Part shown: positions 1 through 12,465 of the stretch, piece by piece
Numbering within the stretch: the stretch's first letter is position 1
Layout of the letters: the number at the start of each line of letters is the position of its first letter
NCBI GenBank assembly: GCA_002633005.1
Contig: NMRA01000225.1
Location: 117,297 to 181,296 of the forward strand
Direction: 5' to 3'
Source of the DNA: Phoronis australis
Lineage: Eukaryota > Animalia > Phoronida
Length of the DNA: 64,000 bases
Position numbers and translations under genes: made by a program
The notes under the pieces: generated by a model
What the model was told of the DNA's origin: nothing
The model's database searches: none
Seen by the model: the letters and a program-made list of their open reading frames with translations, nothing else

Positions 1-520
1 ACTATGTAGAGGATGGTTGACGATGATTTTCCGACGATTTCGACAACTGTGGCACCTCCTAGTGGCAGTTTTGTTTATTTTTTGCTCCTAAACCGTTCGC
101 AGGATCGTTACGAAATTGTGTAAGTGTATTTATATGATGTTAACAACGGAAGATGACGACTTTTGGACGGATCCGACTACTGGTGTGCCCCTAGTGGCAA
201 TTTTATTTTTTTTCGTTTACCTCTGTATCTTCACAAGTCCTTGACGGATTTTCATGAAATTTTGTATGTAGGCACCTATTAGTGCGATGACACTATCCTC
301 CCGTTTTCGGATAGATTCGACCTAGTGTGCGACACCTAGTGGCCATTTTTACTGTTTCTGAGTCTGTTTTTTGGCGTCCACCCCTCTATCAACCAAACCG
401 CTATAAGTATGATTGTAAAAATTGGCATGTATGTTCTTACTATGAAGAGGACGGTTCATGCTGAATTTCCCATGACTTTGATTACTGTGGCGCCTCCTAG
501 TGGCAGTTTTTTTTTTGCGC
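1..520 (+). repeat. Partial Helentron-associated (DINE/HINE-like) element with ~130-160 bp internal units, each carrying CCTAGTGG
   Basis: CCTAGTGG at 58, 190, 335 and 496, in contexts such as tggcgcctcctagtggca. 'attttcatgaaatt' segments resemble the reverse complement of the units in 25648-27298. Neither terminus is clearly visible. Confidence 0.5.
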
Positions 521-1671
521 CCATGGCTCTCATGCTATGAACATTCCCACTAAATAAGATTGGTCCTAACCCCAGTGGTTAAGGTAAACGGTGGGGTATG
601 GAAAATTGAACTAGACCGTATTTATCCACCTTGGCTGAGTCGCACTCTGCTCACGATCAAAGGGATGCCGCCAAGCTGCTCTAGTCATCGAGTCACGAGG
701 GAGGATAATTGGCTTCGCTCATGCGGATATGATCAGCTGATTACAATCTAACTAGCAGACTGTACTTTTTATGGAGAGAGTTTTACGTAGTTTTTACTGT
801 AATAGTTGAAAAGAGGACTGAAAACAAATATGAGTACAACTTTGAATTTTTCAAATCGGCCCAGGATAAGAGATTTTGCAACACAGCAACACTCACGATT
901 ACTTTCATTCGGCGCGCACTAATACAAAAATATAGGACCCAAGTTATTTAGATTTTGGAACACATGCATTGCAATATTCAAAATACGTACGTTAATTACG
1001 AATCTTACAAGCTGTAAAACGACGTTGTTAATTTCATTGTGTTCATTCATTGTCATCCGTCAAATCGGCAAGGCGCCCAAAGCCCACCGAATCACCTTGA
1101 GCACTGAACGTAACTTACGGTGCGTAGGCGCTACGTTCAAATGTCAAGGTGGTTGGCTGCGCCTACGTGCGCCTACGCCCCACTACAGCACTGCACGGGA
1201 GCTCTTTTGGAAACTTGGGTCGAAAAGTCCCTAAGTGAACTCGTTCTTTTACATTTCTGGCGCTGGACAGAGGTATGAAAATGCGGTACAACGTCATTAG
1301 TTTCAATTTTGGTTAATAAAAAGTCGTTAAAACATTTTAGTACTCTTCAAGTTATCAACGAAGGCTTCGCCAGGACTACCCCATACCAACCAGCCTGCCG
1401 TTATATTGTGAAACGTCCTATTTTTGACACCAATCAAAGGTAAAATGAATGTGGAAACAAATCACAGACTTCGTTCGATACCACCGTCGCCTATTTGGAT
1501 ATTTAATCTGAACTGCAGTCACAATTTCTGGTAATTACATTCACAAATGCAGCCAGAGCGTGATCAGATGATCAGATTTTTAAGCTAGGAAATGCGCTTT
1601 CAAACCGTCGCGTAAAGGTGTGCGACTATGCGAAGGACACCCACTTACGCTATGAGCATCTATCAATGTGA

Positions 1672-1785
1672 TACGCACCATTTCGGATATAGGCGCATGT
1701 GGGCATAAATACGCACAAGTAATGTAGTCATATTAGTGTGCGCCTATTTGTGAAGCTGCGCCTGTATCCGCAATGAAGCGTCTGT
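1672..1785. mobile_element. Small degenerate hairpin/MITE
   Basis: Left arm catttcggatataggcgca...aaatacgcaca pairs with right arm tgtgcgcctatttg...tgcgcctgtatccgcaatg. Confidence 0.4.
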
Positions 1786-2946
1786 ACCTTATTGCGAAAT
1801 GTATAAAAACCAAGTTGTGCAGTGGCTTAATGTTTTCTTTGTGAAAGTAATTATGGTTTCTGTCGTCAAAATGAATGATCTCTGGCGACTGATGTTTAGT
1901 GACCCAGTCCTGGATTAGTTGGATAGGTGTGTCCGAACCTGATGATAATTAATCTGTAACAATGTTCCGCTCTAAGCGCAGCGCCACCCTCGTAAACCTA
2001 CCTACAACTGGTTTTAGTCTTACACGATCTTTGATAAAATCATGGGCCATTAAAGCTAATTTACCGAAACTTGCACATGAGAATTTACCAGTTGCTCCGT
2101 GATGGAATATAATTTAAAATGGTCAGAGGGGAATGTTTTTACTTCAGTTAGTTCACTTAGACCCAGGCTTGTCATAAACCTAAACCTAAACATCTACGGA
2201 ATGCAACTGGACACATTGAAAACTCGAGCGAACATGGCCCGTGTCATTGGCGGATCTACTGAGGATGACGTAAGAGAGAGAGGGCACCCACGATTTCCCA
2301 CGAAAATTGCATGAATGCTAGCGGTGTTTTTTGTAGAGTTTTGAAGACTCGGAAGGGCTGGGTCCTCCACCTATGATTCATGTATGTGCACATTCAGTAT
2401 TATTTGCAAATTCCGAAAGACACAAGTTGCTCAACTTCATTGATCCCAGTCTCGGGTGATCAACAAACGTCACGTTGTCGGAGATGATGGTGTTTGAGGT
2501 CTGTGATGTGTGTCTCATGTCCTTGACGCGAGCGTCTCTTGCGGTGTGCAGTGTGCTATTTATGATGTCATGTCGTGCGTATGTGCAACAGAAAAATACA
2601 TACATCGAGGTGGCCAAAAGTGTAAAAGACCAATTGCTTATGAAGTAAAAGAATCGATGTCAATAATGTTGTTTTCAAGGCAGACAATGCATAAGGCCGT
2701 ATAACGACACGAACGTATGGGTTGTGCAGGCAGCAAAACGTCAGCGAAAAGTAAGTTTGCAGCCTGGGGGGGGGGCGCATGTAATATTATACGATAATAT
2801 TATAATCAAATCGCGTGGACGTTTAATAAGTTGACTGTTGATTTAAAACGGTTATTGGGCCTACAATCCTCGGTGAGGAAAGAAATTAGCAGTTACCCAG
2901 TAGCAACCGAGCGCAGCTAGCGCTCAGCCAAAATCCACGTGTTTAA

Positions 2947-4283
2947 AGGCGAAGGCAACCTTTTTCATGTCATTTTTAGCAAGAATAAGGTTCGTTGATT
3001 ATCCCAGACATATTTTCCACTTATTTACTGCTTTTCGTAATTTAATTAATTACTCGTCGTCTACTCCGGAAGTGACGTTTTGGGAGGCAAGAATTTCGCG
3101 CCAATTTCTTTTCATATAGTCTGACTGTGAGAGCAGTCGAGTCAGTCATTGTTCTACCTCGGTTGTGATAAGTTCGGTCGTCGTTTGCTTTTGCTTACGA
3201 GTCAGTTAACATGCCACGCTGTTGCTGCGTACTGGGGTGTACTCATTATCGTCTCACGTACAGAGGAAGAACTGTCCCACTTGCCCGAGTGTCCCTCGAC
3301 ACACTCCCACTGGAGGGTGATCTGCCAGGAGCACCCAAACTGCTTACATCCCGCCGTGTGACTCCCTCGCTACACACCTGGCACCTTCCAAATAGCTCCA
3401 ATACAAGTCCACAATAAACTTATCAAACTTAGGCTCACCGATCTTTTCATTGGATGACGAACTGTCCTCTTCACTGGGTGTCGAACTGGGCCTGTATTCA
3501 CTCCCACTACTCAACATCGCTGCATGGCTGCTTGCAGGCTCTGGGCTAGAGACAACAGCACAGGGCGAATCACTGCTATTTCCCGGAATTGCACGCAATT
3601 GGATACGTTCGGAGGCACGGGTGACAGTAGATGAAGTGCCTCCAGTCACTGAATATAGTGGCCACAGCTCACGAGGCTTCTCGCTTCAAAAACGCACTTC
3701 TCGGGGTTGGCGACGGGGCACTGCCGGGAATCAACAGCGACGGTATGGTACCATTCTTCAGGCGTTGTTTCGCAGGGACCTTCATCAATTCAGCGTACAT
3801 ATCTGTCATAATCTGACGGCAGAAAATGCTTGCCACACACTCGGTAACCCTCCACTGCTTTGTACGTTGCGTGGACGGGTAGCGCTGCGTTCTTCACATG
3901 AACGAGCTAGCTAAGCACGGCGAAGTGTGTCATCCTTCGGAAAGCGACGCAAGGTACCCAAAGCGCGTGTAAGACGATAATGAGTACATCCCGGTACGCA
4001 GCAACAGCGTGGCATGTTGACTGACTTGTAAACAAAAGCAAACGACGACCGAACTTAACACAACCGAGGTAGAACAATGACTGACTCGACAGCTCTCACA
4101 GCTGTCAGACTATAACGAAAAGAAATTGGCGCGAAACTCTTGCCTCCCAAAACGTCACTTCCGGAGTAGAGGACGAGAAATTAACCAAATTACGAAAAGC
4201 TGTAATTAAGTGAAAAATGTGTCTGGGATAATCAACGAACCTTATTTTTGCTAAAAGTGACATGAAAAAGGTTGCCTTCGCCT
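2947..4283 (-). mobile_element. Internally deleted Kolobok-type DNA transposon with ~310 bp terminal inverted repeats
   Basis: 2947-~3256 is the near reverse complement of ~3969-4283. Ends are ttaa|AGGCGAAGGCAACC and GGTTGCCTTCGCCT|taa (TTAA-like site, right side one T short, so a TAA TSD is also possible). It contains a THAP/transposase remnant. Confidence 0.85.
3265..4015 (-). pseudogene. THAP-domain N-terminus of a Kolobok-like transposase (stops and frameshifts)
   Basis: Minus strand from ATG 4015: MPRCCCVPGCTHY...RRFPKDDTLRRA*LAR (W>stop)...YRVCGKHFLPSDY...RLKNGTIPSL, i.e. the THAP C2CH pattern plus an AVPTIF-like box. A Ser/acid linker follows, then KFIV/LELFGRCQVC...WECVEGHSGKWDSS, the Cys/His region upstream of Kolobok-type DDE cores. 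The DDE core is absent. Confidence 0.8.
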
Positions 4284-4475
4284 TAATAGCAAAGTACTTT
4301 CAGTGTATTTAGCTAGAAGACACCAGTCATGATCTAAGCGAGAATTGCCGATTTGTAATAAAAGCTCAAAAAAGAGGAATTCCGTCGTTTTAAAGCTGTT
4401 GTCAAAGCTAGTTTCCGATCATGGAATCAATAATGACCCTTAAAATGGTAAAGACACTGGCCATGACATCAGCAA

Positions 4476-7400
4476 ATGTCTGGCAGACGACGGCGATACC
4501 GTAAGTAACGATTTGCAATACAATTACATATGATAAACATATTTTGTGTTTTGTTTTGTGGCTCTGGTCGAACCTAATGATTTCAATAAGTCTTTCCTAT
4601 AAAACAACACTTCCCGAAACGCAATTTTCGACAGACGAGTATAACATAAAATGTCCCTTTGTTTAGGTCACTGGCGCTGTCAAGTTATCAACTAAAAACA
4701 TGCTCATTTTGTCGCTGGTTGATTGAGACTTTGTCGGTCCACTACCAGCTTCTGAGCAAATTAACAGCTCGATCTCAAAACTGTATATCATTCCGCCTTT
4801 GTGAAATTTTCGGTAGGTTTCCGAGTTTGATATTACCTCACAGGAAGATGTGGCTACTCACCATAATGCAAAACTTCGAAATGCTGTACCTCTGCATTGT
4901 TTTTGTGTATTCTTTCAGGGCGTGAAGAACAACAGCGATACCTGGATCCAATTGTCAGAGGCACAAGTCCAGGTAATTTTTTACGAAGACACTATTAAAG
5001 CAGGTCACGGAGTTCACAGCTTGAAGAAGATTAACATTCGAATACCCCTCGCTCATTAATAGACTTGGTAAAAAGCTGCATTTTGACAAGCCAGCCAGCT
5101 AAAGTGTCTGAAGACTTACATATAATTAATTGCAGGCGGTCTGATACATGTTGTACCAGTCGTGCGCAGGCCTCGCATGTGGGCCCATTGCACGTACTGA
5201 TCACCTGGAAATATTTTTATGCTTTATTAATATACATGTATGGTTACAACCGAGCTGAGGAGCTAGAAACCTGGCTCAAGGGTTTAGCAGTGTGACCTGG
5301 TGGGACTCGAACCCACGACCTCGAGTAATGAAAGCGGGCACTTATCAACCAGGCCACACTTTCTCCTCGAAGACTTAAGTCAAAGTAGAGAATGTATGTA
5401 CATGTATACAGCTTTGCGGTAAGGCTATCTGGCTCGTTAACTGTTTCGCTCGGTTTCTGAAAACTTCAATGGTGCTCGCACAGAAGAGGTGTGTAATATT
5501 TCGATAGAAACTCATGTCCTGTCAGTGGCGGGGCTCGTGTTTTTAACGCGGACCAGATCACGGTTCCAAATGTAGCCATTCTGACAAGAGTACGGAAAGC
5601 TAATTGAGTCTTTCTTATCTCATCCGAAAGCGTACAAAAACATTGACATTTTTATAGGTCAGAGGCATGCTACATTCCTGTATGTTTAATTGCTAGTGAC
5701 GTAGTAACAACTCAGGCTATTAATAGTTTCATCTTAAACTTGCAATCACACAATTTTCAAGTGTAAAAACGAAATCTATTTGCAACGAAAATAAGCGTGT
5801 CTCAATAATAACAAATGGAAAGAAAAATATTTTACCTACCAACCTAGGAGAAAGGAGAGTATGGCGTCAAGGGGAAAAATTTTAAGGACAGCCTGAACCT
5901 GACCTGATGGTGACATGCAATCGAGTTGACAGCCGTATCCTGACAAGCGCCTCGCTTCGTTTAGAGGCTAAAATAATGCTTAACATTGATAATTAATTCT
6001 TATCAGCAATAGTCACTTTTTGTGAATGAGTTGAAAAGAAAATTAGTCACCACTCTTATTGGTTTCGTTCAATTCCAAAAGTGTGCAAGTTTCGTGTTTA
6101 CACTTTGTTCATTTCGTAACGTCAACTCTACGGGCAATTATGAGAGGACATAATGGGCGGCGCAGCACTGAAATAAGTGAGGGTGGGGGTGGGGGACTGG
6201 CTATAGCCCCCTATGGTGTGCCGTCCATGGACATCGTCGCTGTCACCGCCCGAATTGAGCCGTGACCGAAGACTGTCGTTATCGTCTATATTTTATGGGG
6301 CGACGTTTGTTATCGGCTCAAGGCTGTGCGTTTTTATAATTTCGAGGAGCGAATCGCCGCCAACATATACTGCACAATGTGCCGACAACACTTAATTGCG
6401 TTCGAAAGGACACCGTCTCAGACAATTGGAGAGCCGTGGATTTCGGATGAAACCATCACGACGTTCAATTTGACCGTTCACAAGGGGAAAAACGGCCGGT
6501 GCGCAATGTTGCAAAACAACGTTCGCGATATTTCAGCTGTTGTTTAGCAATTACTTAACGGAGTTGAAAGCAATAACAAAGCGATGATTTGTTTTTTTTT
6601 TAATATCGTCATTTTTATCTGTTTCTTGTGATTTAAGTGTACGCTTGACGAGCAAGTTCGGACACCCTCCCTCGTAAAGCCGTGAAGTGCGCGGTTTGTA
6701 CACCCGTGAAATTTGCGGTATTGAATTGTGAACGGTCCTTTTGTGCGTCAGGAAAATTTTGCTCACGTTTTCGTTCAAACCTCTTCAGGGAGGCGTATAG
6801 AAGGCAGTTTTCTCATTGTGTGTAGACTAAATAGATTACTCTTTAAATGGCCACATTTCGTGAGAAGTTCACCGTTTAGACGTTTGATCATACAGGGTTG
6901 CGTCCGACTGGGCGGATGAATGAATGAGTTTCAGTGAGAACCTTTAGGTTTTCTATAATGTCGTGACCTTAGACCTAGCCGTATACCTTGCCAGTGAGAC
7001 CAGTGTTTAGCGAGAAATCACACGCGGATCCAGTTTTCTACGAAAGAGGGCGGAGGGACAACTACAACAATAAGTTTCTCAAGAGAGTTCATCATCACAA
7101 TTAAATAACGAGTAGAAAGCCGGAAATGACTTCAAGTATCACGTTCTCGAAACTCAGCGGTCTGTAGAGTTTAGACAAAAAGAAATCGTCCAATGTCTCG
7201 TTTTTTGTTTGATTCTTTGATCCTTCGACTAAAAAGGGGGTCTTATCCCCTGTCCCCCTATGTTCACCTGAGCCTTTCATAGTAAGTTGTCAGTCCTAAT
7301 GGGACTCATTGTTCATACTTATCGAACTGTCTTTTCAGCGCCGTCAGCCTTTATTCCAGTTCCCTCATCTACTGGCCCTCAAGCAGCTCCGCAAGCCCCG

Positions 7401-8376
7401 CAAGCTCCGCCAGCGCCTCAAATCGCCCAACCGGTTGCTCCAGTGCCAATACAGCCTTACGTGGCACCTCCACCGCCTGGTGAGTAAACAATCAAGGTGT
7501 AACATACATGTAGTAACTAAGTTGGCGTGTCCGTAAAGCCACGAGAGCGTTTTCCCGTCCATGAAATTCAAAATACTTGGCGAGAGAACTACAAATCACC
7601 GGTGAGACAAAAAGCTGGAGAAAATCCACAGTGGCAAAAACTCGACAGGATTCCAGTTCTGTCCAGCGAAAATATCATTCCTTCCGAAAATGAAGGACCA
7701 AGATCGCGAAACTCCAATATTTACAACAAATACGATTGTACATAGAAGGGTTCGAAGCAATATTCCAAGTTTAGCTCTCACGTTAACATCCCCAAGAAGT
7801 TGATTCGCTAGGATCTGTTTAAAATGTATTTTGAAAAAACAGGAGTAAAACCGACAAGCTTCGGATCTTCCTTACGATTTAGTCCCAAGAGCAATCGCGT
7901 GGGGATACCCATGCAGGCCCCGAAGCTATCAAATTTCAAGGCAATGATACTGGAAAGTCTTCTTTTTACTATCAAACGTCGTTTGTGACGTCGTTTCTTG
8001 GTTTCGAAAGGTATAGAGCACTGAGGACAAATATCGCTTTACTTTTCTACCAGAGTAACGCGATGTATCCAAGTGTATATTTGCATTATGGTGTAAACGG
8101 TGCTTTGTCTTCCTTTCAGTCTACGGTGGTCATCCTTACGGCCGCGCAGCGCCACCAGTTGTAGTCCAACAGCCTCGCGACAACACGTCAGACCTCGTTG
8201 GAATGATGATGCTTGGCTCGGTAATGGGCTACGGTCACCATCATATGTTTGGACATCACCATGGGCACTTTGGCGGCTGTCATGGAGGATGCGGTGGGGG
8301 CGGATGCGGGGGTGGAGGGGGGTGCGGAGGCGGGGGAGGTTGTGGCGGAGGATGTGGCGGTGGATGTGGTGGTTAG
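4476..8376 (+). CDS. Gene A (spliced, ~158 aa): Arg-rich N-terminus, Pro/Gln/Ala-rich middle, short hydrophobic segment, His-rich then Gly/Cys-repeat C-terminus
   Basis: Exons 4476-4500 (c|gtaagt), 4919-4972 (tttcag|...ag|gtaatt), 7339-7479 (ttttcag|...g|gtgagt) and 8120-8376 (ctttcag|...tag). All introns are phase 1; total 477 nt is open. Protein: MSGRRRRYRREEQQRYLDPIVRGTSPAPSAFIPV...PYVAPPPPVYGGHPYGRAAPPVVVQQPRDNTSDLVGMMMLGSVMGYGHHHMFGHHHGHFGGCHGGCGGGGCGGGGGCGGGGGCGGGCGGGCGG*. AATAAA at 8625. The last exon's true frame is absent from the ORF track. Confidence 0.8.
5123..5368 (-). mobile_element. tRNA-derived SINE (copy 1)
   Basis: Minus strand begins with a tRNA-like head: A box TGGCCTGGTTGA, B box GGTTCGAGTCC (5302-5313). 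A near-identical ~240 bp copy lies at 28741-28975. Confidence 0.8.
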
Positions 8377-9659
8377 ACGAATTACAGTGCCTTTTAAAAA
8401 CTGTAAATTTGGTTTCGGTGATCTAGGGCTTCGGAGGTTGTATAAGGTCGATGACAAACGGTGCACAGGCCTACTCCTGGACTGGGAATGATTCAATTAC
8501 AACAGTGAAATTGTGGTTGAAGAGAATGTTTACCTACAAAAGACCAGCAGACGTCGGGTACACTTTAATGTGGACGACAGTGGTAGAGAATGATAGACAT
8601 TCTGTGTCATTGAAATATAATTTCAATAAATTTTCTAAATACACGATGCGATTTGAACGTGACATACAGTAATAAATAAGATATAAATTGAATGTTATTA
8701 CACAAGATGCTATAATGTCAAGTCAAAATTGATGTAATGAGACGTTATTTCCTGGTAGTAAACACATTTGACATAGAAAAAAACAGTACCAGCGAATGAT
8801 AATTAATGTCGCGCAATGCTAAACCTATGGTTACTGCTCAACCTAGCATCGATATTCCCGATATACATGTAAAGCTCAGTAAATCACGAAAGCGCTAATT
8901 GTGCGTAGTGGATATTTAGAGAAATAACAGAATCACCAACACGCCAACCCAACATGACTAGTTCAAATGATCACGCTGGTTAAAGCAATGAATAAATGCA
9001 CAGTAGGACCTTACAGGTACGACCATAAAAGCATAATCGGTTTTGGTCTGCGCCTTCATAATTTGTGAAGCTGATCATCACTGCTTAAAAACTGATATCA
9101 GGTGAATTTTGTAAACGAAGCTGAAATCTGGTGAATTTTTGTTTTTAAAAATAAAAATCAACAAAAATAAAGCATCACCGCATCAATTCTCAAAACGGCC
9201 ACACGCCAAAACTAAACACACTGTTTTGCTTAATAGTCAATCAAATGAAATGATCGTGACGTCATTGGTTCCTTCATATTACCGGTTAGTCTAATGTTTC
9301 GTCAAACAGGACGAAGTTGTTATTATGTTATGGTCTCGTCAAAAGGACAATTATCAATAGGCTGCTTGTCACAACATTGGCGATAATAGAACTACCTACC
9401 TGTTTTCCTGCAGACAAGCCAGAGGTGTTTACTCGGAAAATATCAATTGAGGAACCAAAAGTCAAATCCAAATATATGTAAGCACCCGGTAAACTATTTT
9501 AGTTCTGTCAAGGGTTCGCAAAAAATAATAAGACCAGCGACTGCAGTTTAATCATATGTTACACGTTTATCAACGATACAGCCAAATTTCCCAAACTGCG
9601 ATAAAAGACTAACTCAAACCATTAAAGTTTCCAGAGAATCCAACGACTAGCCAACAAAT

Positions 9660-9751
9660 ATGGGTTGCAGCCCGTCCCGCCACAGACCATTTGGGCTTCG
9701 AAAATGCCCTCAGTGTTGGATGCCGCTTGAGGTCTCGTCGTACAATACCAG
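9660..9751 (+). CDS. Putative first coding exon (MGCSPSRHRPFGLRKCPQCW...), possibly of gene B
   Basis: MGCxxS fits the myristoylation plus palmitoylation pattern. Donor cag|gtaccg at 9751 is phase 2, compatible with the only open frame after the strong acceptor at 11002 (PDLVKEWEAW...). The link onward to 14959 needs weak donors. Confidence 0.35.
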
Positions 9752-10388
9752 GTACCGCTCGAGCATTATATGGCAGCCCACGACCATTTTAGTAACCTTT
9801 AATTATACCTCGCTAAATCACGCAATTGAAACGTGTCTCGCAAGGATTCTTGAGAGCTATCAGAGTAAAATAGCGGCCACTGAAGTGATTGGTCGATGAT
9901 GTTGGAACCTTGAATCATTGGATCGAATTAATAAAATTTTGTGATACCATTTAGTGTTTTGGTTGCATAAGCAATAATTTTTCCCGCTAATTCACGCTGT
10001 CTTGGGATCTTCGAAACGCAACAATGGCGTTCCAGTCGTAGATCATGTTTCCTGTAAAGAAACAAAACCACGCAAGTGAAAGGCAAGTATTCCACGATTA
10101 TGCTCTCGACCATGCTAGCCTATCTTAACAAGAAAGCGTCCATTCAGAAGTGCCTTTTTGGTCGATGAGCTTTAGTGTTATATTGTGAAACTGAATCCAC
10201 GCTCCATAAGCTTTGCAGGGAGGTAGTTAAGTGCAAACGAATGTTTTGTCGCCTGCAGAATGCAGACCTGTTGTTCCAGTACGGATTCACATATGCAGGG
10301 GACTTCCGTGACCAAATAATTTTAATTAGCTTGTGGGAAAGTTTTGAAACAATAAGTATGGTGGGCGTGGCCTATCCATTACCTACAA

Positions 10389-10535
10389 CAGTGGCGAATT
10401 CAGAGGGGGCCATGTCCCCCCTAAAATTATCCCAGATTTCATTTTACAGTTCAGGGTGCAAATGTCTGACGGGCAAAATTCTGACTAATACTCTGCCCTG
10501 CCGCCCCCTAACTCAAAATCCTAGATCCGCCCTTG
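10389..10535. mobile_element. MITE of the CAGTGGCG...GATCCGCCC family
   Basis: cagtggcgaattcagaggggg...cctagatccgcccttg. Relatives at 27146-27261 and 42036-42349. Confidence 0.6.
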
Positions 10536-11944
10536 CAAAAGGAATCTCCCTACTGAATGCATGGCAGCATCCCCGGAAAACTGTAGATGCACGTGAAGGC
10601 AAACATAAATTCCAGCTGTGAAGTCAGACCTCAGAGCCCGCGTGGTACCTTGCTCGGCGAGACACCTTTGGAAAGGCCAACTTAATTAGGGACCGGGGGA
10701 GGAGGGATTCCATTACTGTTATAGAAACGGGTGCAGTGCTATGAAACAGGGATACTTATCCTTTTATAAAGAGTCAGGAATGAAAGTTCCCAATCAAAAA
10801 TATATTGAATATCTTAAATTTCGCACGTTTCAATTGTGGTGACTACGTAGACACACTGACAGCCAGGCTTTGTGACTTAGCAACACTGGCCCGACTTACG
10901 ATTCCTCAAGTAGCAATGGGTAAAAGTGCATTGCACACCCTATTGAAATACAAGGGAGATTATTCCGGCGCATTTTCAGTTTCATTTTCGTTTCTTTTTC
11001 AGGCCAGACCTAGTCAAAGAATGGGAAGCATGGACTACAGAAGGGATGGGAATTAAAAATGGAGCCAGAAATGTGAAGGACGGGCAAGAAATGAAAGGAA
11101 CCGTTGTGATGGGAAGGCTTGTTTTCCTTTCCTATTTAAAAGACGTTTGGTTAGCTGTCCTCGTGACAGTATTTGTTCTAAGATCACTAACTCTGTGCTG
11201 TATCATTGTATCGCGTGTCAAACGCTAAAATGATATTCCCTTTTCCATCGCAGAACTACACAATCACGGCTGCAGGAAACCAGAACAACCAATTTCATAT
11301 ATAAAATAAGTTCAGGTCTCAAAATTTACGTATCGGCTATCAGCTCAATACAGTTGGTGTGGTAGTCCTCACGATATAGGCTACACGTCCAAAGTTGACA
11401 TACCTTGATTGCAGGTATGAATGGCTTAGTTATCGATCAAACAATAAAGATTCTAATTCCAAAATCCCTTCTTTCTCATCGTTAACCCTAGCCTTGGTAC
11501 AAAGCTGTATATATTTTGACGACAGTCTTCATACAGCTAGCTGGCTGGCTACGTTAACCCTAGCCTTGCTACAGAGCTGCAGCTTTGCGCCGATGTGGGT
11601 AAAAAACTGACCAGATAAAATCCGACATAAACTTAGTGCCATTAAAAACTACTTTTCCTTGAGTAGACTAAATTGTTTACCGGAGTTGGAAAAATTAACG
11701 TTCTACCGTTATTCTGCTTCTAAAGCAGTGGAGCGATCTTTTGCGTAGGCTTTCGGCGCCATGAAATATTGCATCTCCTATTTGCCAGTTTCTAGTTTCG
11801 CCGATTCTTCATTCAACTGTTCTTCCACGAGGTTGCGTACATTTCACCACAAATTTTTGGAACTGGTTTTATTTCGTTACAAGTTTTCAGTATTTTAATA
11901 TCAGCAAACCGAATTTCATAACAAATTTTCTGCAGCTGCGAATG

Positions 11945-12295
11945 TCGCAAAATTTTAGTAAATGGCGCGTGCGCGTGACACGATAGTACTGTTATCAAAA
12001 CGTCGACACACTTTTCTTTGTTACAAAAGGTGGAGAGTTCATGCTAGAAAATTACGTTTGTTGCATTGTTTTTCACTTAAACGGCTGTAACGGGCAAGGT
12101 GAGTGCCGGTTTATTCCAGATTTTGCATGCACCCCGTCCGGTCTTCAGCTCTACATGCTGATACAGGTTTCACGACGAAGTGACGAGCAGAACTACACTG
12201 GCTCTTTGCAATTTCGGGGTCTATGGAAGATGTGGCGAGCTTTGTTTTGACGATAGTCTTCATACAGCTAGGTGGCTGGCTACCTTAACCAAACC
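11945..12295 (+). repeat. Interspersed repeat shared with 51915-52285
   Basis: Colinear blocks aaaattttagta..gcgcgtgcgc, ctttgttaca, atgctagaaaat, cgggcaaggtgagtg, tttcacgacga and gatagtctt..acagctag occur at both loci. Confidence 0.65.
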
Positions 12296-12465
12296 TTCCC
12301 ATTTCTTGTACGCCATTATCATTTTAGATATGTATTTTCCGTCTCAGTGAATGTTAGTCTTCCTGCTTTATTGTCTATCCTTCTCTCGTGAAGACCCTCC
12401 AGCCGAATTTCAGATATTAGTTCCCATCTAAAGTCCCGTTCTTCCCATCGGCAGTGTATGCTTCT

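Noticed and set aside
3149-3914. + strand ORFs inside the inverted-repeat element
   Set aside because: Antisense shadows of the THAP/transposase relic, or the short TIR-copied start.
5290-5368. tRNA gene
   Set aside because: A/B boxes are present, but it is the head of a ~240 bp element repeated at 28741, so a SINE.
8100-8496. Track ORFs 8100-8426, 8249-8491 and 8188-8496
   Set aside because: Alternative-frame shadows of gene A's Gly-rich last exon; splice phase supports the third frame.
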